DNA of 64,000 bases from Trichosphaerium sp. ATCC 40318 (lineage: Eukaryota > Protista > Tubulinea). Location: contig JALMLS010000466.1 in the NCBI GenBank assembly GCA_038496445.1, positions 682,001 to 746,000 of the forward strand. Direction: 5' to 3'. Of this stretch, positions 37,706 through 48,672 are shown piece by piece; within the stretch, counting starts at the first letter, position 1, and each line of letters begins with the position of its first letter. Below the pieces are notes generated by a model. That model did not search any database. It was not told the DNA's origin and worked only from the letters and a program-made list of their open reading frames with translations. The translations under genes and the position numbers were made by a program.

Positions 37706-38859
37706 CTACTCTTCGTCTTCCATTATTAACGAAATTGTACTAATATCACGTGGTGTTCCATCCTTGTCCCAAGCATTGTACGTTCCTTGCCATTCCCCAT
37801 CAACTTTAAATCCATGATAAGCAAGCTGACCATTATCATACCATTGTTTATATTCACCTTCATCATTTCCTTTATCGTTAACAGTAGTATGAAGATAAAG
37901 TTGCCCGTTAGAAAACCAATCCTTGTATACTCCTACAAATACACCCTTTTTCATAAAAGCATGAGTATCCACTTGACCATTCTCATGCCATGTTTTATAC
38001 TCTCCTTCTTCGAGACCATTTTCTTTAAAACTGTCTATTTCTAATTGACCATTTTCGAACCATTGCAAGAATTTTCCATGTTGCATTCCATTCTTCATAT
38101 CACACTTACATACCATAACTCCATTCTCATGCCATGATGTATGAACACCATGAGACATACCATCTTTTTTCTGACATTCAATATGAAGTTGACCACTAGG
38201 GTACCACTGAAGAAACTTACCACATTTCTTTCCGTCTACCATAAAACAGTGAACACATAACTTTCCGTTATCGTGCCACTGCTTGTACTCTCCACTATTT
38301 AGTCCATTTTTCTTTATCACACGTATTTCTAATACACCATTTTCGTGCCATTGTCTATACTCACCATGCATTTTACCTGCGATCATGAAGCCCTTTATTT
38401 CAAGTTGGCCGTTTTTATACCATTGCTTAAACACTCCGTTGTTAAGCCCGTCTTTCATGACGTTTAGCTTGATTAGCCGACCCTTTTTTGTCCATTCTAG
38501 CCATGTGCCACACTTACGTAGCATGGAATCGTATCGTGTCGATATAGCGGCGGTTTTTGACAGCGAGTGATATTTTGCGAAGGTTTCTGCATCGTAGCTC
38601 GAGATAAGGCATTGTAGCTCCTTCGGAAGATGTACTAAACGCGTTTCCACCGCCAATAGTGGTTTGTAGGCTAAGGTGTGTTAGTTCTACAAATAACAGC
38701 GTTTTTTTTTGCTAATAGTGTCGCAGACGACGTGATCGTGCTTAAATGGGTGTTTAATACGCCGTTTACGCCATACCAACTAATTGTAGAGTGTAAAAAG
38801 ATGATTTTGTTCCTAGAGCAACGTATCGTACGTTTTTTAGCATCAGTAACTTGGCTCAT
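37706..38859 (-). CDS. F-box-like + MORN-variant (MORN_2/YwqK-like) repeat protein
   Basis: Exon 1 MSQVTDAKK spliced via a gtacga...ctaac...ttag intron to PYKPLLAVETRLVHLPKELQCLISSY; about 11 repeats of ~24 aa, GxYKQWHENGQL. Confidence 0.85.
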
Positions 38860-39639
38860 GAGGTGTTGTTACAATGCAACAGGCAGTGGTTTAAAAGAGT
38901 GAATTACAGCGACTTGGTGATCAATCAACATGGTCGTTCAGTCTTATTCAAGCAAAAATGAGTGTAAATTTTTTTCCAACCTGCTGTAAGAAACTAGATC
39001 TCGTTAGATAGCACTACACAAATAACTCAAAAAAGTGATAGCAACTATCATTGGATAGCTAGCAAGGCTGCCAAGAGACTTTATTCCTAAATTTTTCTTG
39101 ACAATTTAAACAATATGAATCCCGGGATCTTACATCTTTCGAGTACACCGGCACTAACAAAAGCGAGAGTTTACTAGCAAGTGCAAATAGTTACTGAATA
39201 GAGATGAAGGTAGGGAGTTTGTATTTATCAGACTTCTCCATTCACTCTACTGTATAACACCAGAACTGTTGAACCGTTGGATTATTACTAATAGTAGCGA
39301 CAATGATCCAAAGGTGTAGTATGCTACAAGTAACCATGGAAGTGCCGTTCTGATTTCCTTTACGAAGCAAGTATTGTTCTGACGCATTAGTTTAAACATT
39401 CGTATCACCACCGCGGTTTACAACCATCACATGAAATATGCGAAATATCAAGCCGCGTATTGTTGTAAGTAAAGGAAAACGTGATTTTGCTTCTACGCAG
39501 CGGCGATTGTTGTTGGCGTAGGTTCGTATTTTGGTACACACGGTTCGTTTTTTCGACAAGTCGGTCAAAAGAAACTTGAAAATATTTACAGGAACAACCG
39601 ACAACATTGAGTGAACTTGAAGTGACGGTTTTTTAACAG

Positions 39640-39932
39640 CGTTCGTTCGCCGAACTTGTTTCGAACACTTTCGAACAGCTTTCGAACAAACTTGTTCGAA
39701 AAAAAAAAATCTTCGAACAAACAACTGTTATTTTCGAACAAAAATTCATACATTACAATAAAAATGCTGTATTCGATAGTACAATAGAAATTAGAATAAA
39801 AAAAATTCTTTGGTTGTTCGAAACTGTTCGAAAGTTGTTCGAACGAAAGATATTTTCGAGATTTTTTTTTTTTCGAACAAGTTTGTTCGAAAGCTGTTCG
39901 AAAGTGTTCGAAACAAGTTCGTCGAACGAACG
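39640..39932. mobile_element. Foldback/MITE-like element with ~73-bp terminal inverted repeats made of TTCGAA units
   Basis: 39640-39712 is the reverse complement of ~39860-39932, with one substitution and a poly-A/T length difference; about 13 TTCGAA copies; non-coding; no clear target-site duplication. Confidence 0.7.
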
Positions 39933-40952
39933 TGTCAAATAAAGTACCCATATCATCAGGTAGCAAGTGTTATACGCTTCGTAGCGGGTTTATAAACACC
40001 ACCAAGCAACGACTATGATTCAGTGAAATTTGTGAGAAGCGCATTACTTTTGAAAAGTTTGTTTCAAAGCCTTGGCTGTAGGCGATGCCATATGTTGTCT
40101 TTACTTGGTTTTGATGTAGTAATAGTTTGGTTTGCGTTTAACAGGTTATTCGTACGTCGCGCCCACAAGCAGTACGTGAGCCGAATAGCTATGAGACATT
40201 AATAAAAGTGGGTTTGTTTAGATTTGTGAAGATCTAGAAAAATTTGTCACGTGCTTGGCCGTAAATCTAAAAAGACGTCACTACAGGCACATTTTCGCGT
40301 AACACAGCAGAATGTAGTTTACCGCTAAAAATTATTTTGGAAAAAGAGGCTTTCAGCCTCAGCGTGTAGAACTTAGTATTTTAAAGTGTGTGAGAGTGTG
40401 GCTGTCAAGAACCCAACGTTCAATATCTCATAACCGATTACGAATTGCCAAAACCGGGTAAGTCGATAACCGGTTTTCTAAGACCTCTATTCCGAGCGTA
40501 TGTATTAGTTGTACTTACCAAACAGCTACGTTCTCGCTCGTCAATATTTTTGTCACTTCGTCAGAGACGTTGGCGCACTCTGAGCATGGCGTGAACTATG
40601 ATTGTGTTCTCTAGTTGGTGCTTGCAAATAAGGGACGGTGAACTATTCCATGTCACTGTTTAGTTTGACCAAACCTTGGTAATGCTCACCAACCAATTTT
40701 AGCTTAGTAGCTCTCAAAGCCGATCCATCGCACTATGAATTCGATTCAACTTTAATAAAAAGTACTCAGCTTGTAGTCGTTACAAAGAACTGTGCAAAGC
40801 ACAAATCTTTAACACGTTGGCTTTTGACTAGTCACGTGACAGAAGCAATCAATTTCAAAGTAGTTTATTATTATCGTACATGACTACGCTCAAAGTAAGT
40901 TATTGTAACGTTTTGGCGCTTACTGGTCTTAACTTAAACTCCATTGTTTTTG

Positions 40953-42076
40953 ATGTTAAATGGCGCCACAACAGGGCGTAAACATACCATTAGAACGTTT
41001 TTAGCGCGTTGGAGTGCCAATGACTATTATTTTCTGTTGTACAGCATATTTTTGGTTATATCGATAGCGTTAAGCTTATGGTCATCGTATTACTTCTATT
41101 TAACCTTTGATAACCCTTGTACAAACAAAGCAAGGTATAATCATCTCAAGACATTGATGAAACGTGACAACTACCCACCTCCATCCAGTACGTGAACTAT
41201 TCTTTTTTTTTTTTTTTCGGATTTGAGACTAGTTAAGGCTGTTTTTATTTTTATGTAACTCAAATTTAGAGCTGGGTACATTCAACGATGTCATTTTTTT
41301 GCTACTTGTGGAGACAGTGTTATGCATTTTTGTGTTCTGCTATAGTGTTATTCGCACTTATTTCTGTAGCTGTTGTGCTGATGCAAGTTCAAACTGTTTA
41401 AATACACTACGTGGCATGTCACTATATTTTTTCCTTGTTGCATGTACCGTTGCAGGAGCAATATTAATAGCCTATAATACAGTACGTATCCAACAAGTCA
41501 AAATGTTTGTCATCCCGTGTCAGATTAATAATTTGGTTTTTTTGTTGAAAATAGCAATGTAAGAAGCTTGCACCAACATTATGGAATGTCACTCTTGTTG
41601 TGGAGATGTGGATGATATTCTGTTGTCTCGTTTTTGGTGGTTTCATACTTCGGCTCTGTGGAACAAAATTACAGTGTTGTAACAGAAATAGAACAACCGA
41701 TGATAGGACTGCGAGATACAATGAAAAGAGGAACCGAATACTTAAACGAGTTGCGTTGTTAAAGAAAAGAATACAAAAACGGACTGCCATGGATAACGGT
41801 GATGATGCGCAACTACAACTTATTGGCGAAGCCAATTTAGATGAGGTAAGTATTATGTAAACTCAATAGTTTACTTCTCTTTCCTTGATGACTTACACTT
41901 GCCCTATCAAGGAAATTAATTTGCCACTGGAGAATTACTCCAATGGAGATACAACTAGTGAAGAACAAGAACGCGATGATGGTGACATTGTAGAAGATAA
42001 TGAAGACTATTCATTGGATAGTATAGATAGTGACGAAGCTGATTTTGATCTTAGTTCAGATGAAGATAGTATTTGA
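40953..42076 (+). CDS. Multi-pass membrane protein with a basic helix and acidic tail (paralog of 59712-61169)
   Basis: Four hydrophobic, Cys-rich segments, RTARYNEKRNRILKRVALLKKRIQ and a D/E-rich tail; the start is uncertain. Confidence 0.65.
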
Positions 42077-42389
42077 CAGTGAAGAACGCAAAAATTAAAA
42101 CAAAAGCACAAAGCAAATGAAGAAAAGCAGATATTTCATTGCAATCAGTAAACCACGGGGAATGAAGACAGTGTAACAATAAGTATTCAATACAAAGCGT
42201 GCAATGAAGACATTCCTTGTACCCTATTTTACAGTAACCCTTTGAACTTGGCGATAATGAAAAGTAGCCAAGGAAGAGCAAAAAAAAAAACTTGTCACGT
42301 GAGTTTCAAATAGTAAAAACAAGATTAAAAAGTCCAATGCTTTCTAGACTCCATTGTTACGTTTGTACCCACATAAAGAAGTGTTTGGT

Positions 42390-44329
42390 ATGTTTCGAAG
42401 CGTTTCCAGGTTGGGACAAAGGGCAAGTCCTAGTTATAGTACGAACGAGCGATTATTGTAGAATAAAACGCCGCTCAGTAAGATTTACACGCGTTAGAAC
42501 CGAAATTACATAGAAGATCGTTAAGAAACATACAAACCATCAAAGCTGCTACCAAACTCGATGCTAAACCAGAAGAAGGACCTGACAGCGAAAAAGTATC
42601 AATACGGAATATTCGAGCAACAATAGCTCAAATACACGCTCTTGGACATCACCCAGTCGCCAAGTACGCGTAATATAATATCCATACGCGGTTTACATAA
42701 ACTACACCCGACTTTATCTCAGCAAGTAATAAGCTCACTCAAATTACCTCTAGGCTCCTTGAAATGGGGCGAGATCTCACCATAAACGAAAGTTTAATTC
42801 CGCCAGTACGCACATTTCATTCAAATTACATTTTAATAAAAAATTGCAGCCTGATAGAGCCTTGGGTCATTATGATGCCCTACGTATGCTCTTACTTCCT
42901 GTTATGCTATCTAGATCAATAGCATGGCATAATGAGTACGTTGGGAACTTACAAGCTCTTTTTTTTTTCAGAGTACAATTTTGTTCTCCTCATCACGGTC
43001 GTCGTAAAATTTGTTGGTCACGTGCTACAATTGTTACCTAAAAATTCTATACATATCTTTTCCTTTTCAAGTGGCGTAGTGGACCATCTTGTTGTGCAAC
43101 TTGTTGACTTGTCGATTTATTTTTGTTGTTACCTATACCTTTCTAGTTGGCTTGTTGGTGGTTACATCAATCCAGATATTCAAAAATACAATTTAATGTG
43201 TCGCGAAATAGAGTACTCAATAACTAACAAAAAGTACAACTCTATACATTTATTCACTACCAAATGCGCGTACAATGAATGGGTAGCAACAAAAGATGGT
43301 GAAGAAGTGGTTGCATCCTTTAGAGAACAGATATCCCTACTAACAGGTGACTGAAGAAAAAAAAAACTGTCCACGCCAAAAGCTAACTATAACTTAAGAT
43401 GAAAAACCTGTTTTTACTGCAGTAACAGCACAAGTGCAAGATATGATTTGTCAAGCAAATGAGCAACCACTGGTATGCCTTTTTCTTCATCACGTTTTTC
43501 TCAATCGTGATTTACTTTATTTGGTTAACACTGAGTTTTGTGCTATGTAGCTCCCTGTAATCGATGGCGCAGAAACTACACCATTTGTACGCTCATTGAA
43601 TTCAATGGCTTTCTATAGATGTTTTTTAGTACTAACCGACTGAATTTAGTCACCAAGTGTTGCAAGAAACGCTGTGTACACTCCATTTATTGAGCACTAT
43701 CTACGGAAAGCAAGTATTTTCAAAGCAACTGAAAATGATGAAGAAATGGTAAGTCTGACAGAATGGTCAACTAACTTAAACTCGTTGATAGAATATGAAC
43801 AATTAACCTTCAATTTTAGTTTTACTGGTCAATGATAGAGGCTAATTTTTATGGGATTGCACCTGCAACAACAGAAAAGCCTCCTCCAGGACCACCTCAA
43901 CTCATTAGTTACACAGAAGATGATCATACTATAATACCTTTATTCACAGATAAAATATTTGCTAGAATATTTGACAGGAGGTCACCAAGAATGTCTGTTG
44001 TAGATAGACGCAAAACAGAGGAATTCAAAGGTAACTTGTTGGCTTTTTTTGAATGATTTAGTTGTCATCTTTGTCGTATTCTCTCATTCTTGTTATCAGG
44101 CACATTTGTTATTAATATGATGTCTCATTGGTGTGAAGATAATGTTTGGGTATCTATAAATGCACTTGAAGATGAAGCAGCAAGGGAATTAGGTATTGGA
44201 GAAATGGAAAAGGACTTTTGTGGTTTTTTGCTTTCGCCTGATGATATACGAAATCTTTTGCAAGTTTATAAGAAACAACATACAAAAGTACAACAAAAAA
44301 GGGTTGCAGATGAAGCTGCTAAGATATAA
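42390..44329 (+). CDS. Protein with SseB-like domain(s), possibly mitochondrial
   Basis: Presequence-like MFRSVSRLGQRASPSYS; motifs SIHLFTT and IIPLFTD...WVSIN...LLSPDDIRNLL resemble SseB; exon structure is partly uncertain. Confidence 0.5.
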
Positions 44330-44758
44330 TACTGGAAATATTACAACAATTCAAGGCCAGTACACAACTGTGTAAATAAAGACAAAAAAAGTGACGGCTT
44401 GCAAGAACATAATGTTTTTCAAAAATGTAAAATTTCTTGTATCACATGATAACTAGTTCAGAAAAATCAACATTTGTTTTGGTGCAACTATTAATGTAGC
44501 ACAAACTCCATCATGCGAGAAACAACAAAGGACAAAGGCGGTGAGACCACATAGAAAAAAAACTCAAGTAATTTTTTTGAATTGCAAAGCGTATTTTTAA
44601 TGTACATAACTTTTTTTTTTATGTGGGGTTTTTTTTAACCCCACATATGTTTTTCTTGCAAAATCATTTCTCCGTTATAAAATAATTAAACCCATCCCCA
44701 AGCCAAGTTTTAAAAAAGAAACCACAAAACCACTTTTTTTTTAAAAGTGGGTGTGGCT

Positions 44759-46678
44759 TCAATCATCTGCTACGTCACTTTCTATATTACCTGTGCTCTG
44801 AGCGCTGCTGATGTTTGGTTTATGACTACTACTCTTTTTTGAAGTACCATTCTCTATATCACTGTCGGCGCCAGTACCAATATATTCGGTTGGTTTGATG
44901 TGACTTAAAAAAAAAATTAATAATCTGCAAAAAAAAAGAAAAAAATTGGATTTTCTCCTCGCCGATGAACTCCATTAAACCTGAAATGGTATAGCACGAA
45001 ACTAAAAACTAGCATACACCTTCTTGAAACGGCGTTTCCATTTTTTGCAAGTGCGTGAAGAAAACGGCCAAAAATAAAAACTGTAAATTGCTTTTGAAAT
45101 AAAGTTGATCTAGCGAAGAGCGTCTATCGCTTACCTTGGAAAGTTTGGTGGACAACATATATATATCCAATTATAACAACACCCCTTAGCAAAAGGATTC
45201 TTCTTACCAGCGTGTAATGGAGAACACTTAAAAAGAACAAAATGTGAGAAAGATTAAGGGTTAAGTTAAACGTACTTTTTCTCGTGTTGTATATCCTGTA
45301 GTAACTAAATAGCTATGGAAAGAGCACAACGAGAGTACAGGCCATAGAATACAAAAGCAATAAATACCCAGTGCGGCGCTAGTAGGATTTTTAAGAGTTT
45401 CTCCAATCGCTCTTCCAGTGCCCATGCCATTATCGTTTTTATTCATCAATACGCGAACTACAAGATCAGTGACGCAAAAACCAAACACTGTAATAATCAA
45501 TGTGGTTGCTGACCATGAGAATATAAAAAATCGTCTATAATTACGCTGGCCGATACAGTTGCCGACCCAAGGACCTAATTTTGAAATCAGAAATGCTGAC
45601 CTATCGCAAGCGAAATACGCGAAATTATTTCGGCGTAACAGAGCTGACCACTCTTTTTGGTAGGCAGAAATAAATCAAATACGAAATAATTTATCAAAAA
45701 AGTTTGATTGTCGCTAATGACGTACAATGGTGATCAAATCTTAAAACACAGTTATTACAAACTGGACAATGACTCGCTCTTGGCGGCCTGTAAATATGAC
45801 ATGTATCTATAAAACAGTTAGACACCAATAACAAAAATAATCAAAGTTACAAAAAAAAAAAAGAAAAAAAAGATTTGTTTGTTTCTGCTGTTACGAACCA
45901 CAGTATTTTTCTGTAACTTTAACACCATTACACTTATAATCTCTAGTAACTGGTGGCCTTTTATCTTCCCATGAAAATGGACTCTCTATTAAAAAAACAC
46001 AACATGAGCCAAAAAGAAAATAGAGTTGAAGTTAAAAACAGCTTTTTTCCAACAGTAATCCAATCACTTTATAAACTCGTTTTTCTTTCGGTGAAACTAA
46101 ACTAGAGTGCTAAACTTGCAAAATTGAGGAGTTTGATTATTGGCCTCAACGATAAAAAATTCACAGCTTTGTAATACTACGTAGAATACACACAAGAGCG
46201 CAAAATGCGCCTAATAGGTGCAAAAAAAGCAATGTCACGTTTTTAGAGTTATATTACTAAAATAATTTACTTACCTTCTAATTCTTTTGGTGGGGGCGCT
46301 CGCGGAAGAATACCTGGGTCGGAGAAGCTAGTGGAAAAGAAAAGGACGATTGTTTGTATCCATAAGAACAACTGAAGCGTGTTAGTTAATCGTAGTGCAT
46401 TCATTTATCGTTTTGTTGTACCATTATAACAACCAAAACCCAGCCATATTTTATCTCTCTAATTAGCTCGAATGCGCTTCGAAGACATTAGTTTGGGTTT
46501 AAAAGGTAAAAATAAGAGGGTTATCGTACACGCCAGCAAGAAATACAATCCCTGGGGCAATAATTGAACTAGCAGTTGCGTAGAAATATTTACTGTCTGG
46601 TCCGGTTATAATACGCCCACCACAATAGAATTTGTTTTCTGAGGGCCAATCCTTATACCTTCGCTTACCATTATTCAT
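44759..46678 (-). CDS. DHHC palmitoyltransferase (ERF2/ZDHHC9-like)
   Basis: [77 protein letters not shown]. Confidence 0.95.
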
Positions 46679-46911
46679 GCTGCGCTAAACTTAGGCCTGC
46701 GCTTCTGTCAGGGAAAGTTTTATGCTATTACAGCCGAATTAAATCATGCCTTAAATGGAGATGTTCCTAAAAGAAGCGCAAATCAACGTAGATGTCACTC
46801 TTCAAATTACAAACTAAATTACAATATATTTCAAGCAACAAGACAGATGTACAATTGAAAAGGCGCAGAAAATGAACAACAAAAAAAAAGCAGTTTTGTT
46901 TTCATCGTGGT

Positions 46912-48194
46912 CTATCGAATAACCTTGTATGTTTGAAGCATTCCGTTTGGTTTTGCATGAAGCGTAAGGGATACGTACAAGTCCTCACCACGTTGAGACC
47001 TAAAGTAAAGGCGACGTTTCGCAGAATCGACCTTACCAGTCTTGAATAAGTTGATAAGATTTGTACATTCTGATTCATGCGTAAACGGAAAGAAATCCAT
47101 CTTCACAAAACGACCTGATATCAAATCGTGTTCAGTAACGCCAGCCATCTGGAGAAAGACAGGATTACATGATATAAAGGGATAACCATTATCCCAGCCA
47201 AATAGAGCAGAAGGTTTTACACTAACACGTGGTTGTACAAGTTTAGGAGAGAACAAATCAGAAACTATTTTTGGTGCCTGTTCAGACAAAGATGGACTTT
47301 GATCTCTATTTCCCTCTCGTAAACGTTCCAATTCTGACCATATCGATGATACAAGAGATTGTAGTTGTGTATTTTGATGTATAAGGTTCTTATTCTCTGT
47401 TCTAAGCTTCTCAATATCAGGATCATTGCTGTTGTTGTTTTGACGAGACAAGCAGTCCTTAGCAATGTTTACTATCTTAGCTCTAACGTGAATAGGAGGT
47501 ACAACGTTTTGAGTTCTGACGGGAGGCGCAAGAGTTGGAGACCTTGGTAGCATCTGAGGATTTGTTAGATTAAACTCCCATGATGGTGATTGTGGAATAG
47601 TGAGTGGTGGAGTTTGTGGCGGGTTGCCATCATTTAAAATAATAGGTTCTTGACCTATACCAAGTGGCGACATTGTAGAGGCTAGAGGTTCGCCGTTATA
47701 CGTGTATGATGAAATAATGTTTGGTGATGAATAGGAATCGCTTTCTGAGCCTATTAATGATAAGTAACGATCATAATGCGCAAGTTGTACGTGTTGGCGT
47801 GGCGACTAGTGGAATTGGGGATGTTGTACTGGTATTTTGCGTTAGTTTTTTAATCGTAAGTTGAATTTCAGTAGTTGTAATGTAGAAAGTTTAAACGTAC
47901 GTAGTATTGGTAGGTGTCGTCCTTGCTTTCTTCGCTTTTTTGTTTACAGCTTCCACACACTCGTAATTGTACGCCAAACATCGTCTACACGGCCGTTCAT
48001 TACCACAAGCGGCATGCGCTAGAAAGATTTAGACAAATAAGCAGAATAAAACAAAATAATGCTTTCAGTGCTACAAAAAACACGGTACCTTTTTTACAAC
48101 GCGCACAAGCAGCTATGGCATACTTTTTTCTTTTCCTTGCTGGCTTAGGCACTCCTTTCGCCGTAATATTATGCCACGTTGTAGATACGTTCAT
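46912..48194 (-). CDS. Zn(II)2Cys6 transcription factor with a coiled coil and C-terminal PAS-like domain
   Basis: Spliced ACARCKKAHAACGNERPCRRCLAYNYEC (C-x2-C-x6-C-x5-C-x2-C-x6-C); PAS-like PFISCNPVFLQMAGVTEHDL. Confidence 0.85.
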
Positions 48195-48672
48195 GGTTGC
48201 TGAGTTTGGTAACCGGACAATACAAGAATTTGCGCAGTAGCCTATTTGTAGCCTATTTAAGGAACTTGTATTGCGGCTTAAGAGTACGGTTGCTCCTAGC
48301 GCGTCATTATTCTGAGGCGTGATGTTACAAAGACTAACAAGCGACGTGACGTCTACTTATCCAGATGTAACTGAAAAATGTTGTGGAGCAGCGGGTTGTG
48401 AACCGTTATTGTAGCTTCTCGCCAGCGATCTATGATGTTTTAGACGGACCAAGGTTATACTTATTCTACTAGTTTAGATGGTTTTGTGTACTAAGCTAGT
48501 GCAAAGCACGTTTTCGAACATTATCTACAATGTTAGTAGACACCAGCACGTGTACATTTCCCTCCGCAATAAACAAGTACGTTCTATCACTCGCCTTATT
48601 TATGTTATCGGCTTTTCATGCTTAATCGATTTTTCGTTCCTCAGCCCACAAATGCAACGCTAGAGCAGAAAT

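Noticed and set aside
39640-39932. TTCGAA repeats as a CRISPR array, and the overlapping ORFs 39392-39995 as genes
   Set aside because: The repeats are 6-10 bp in inverted arms with no unique spacers or cas genes; the ORFs are a by-product of the repeat
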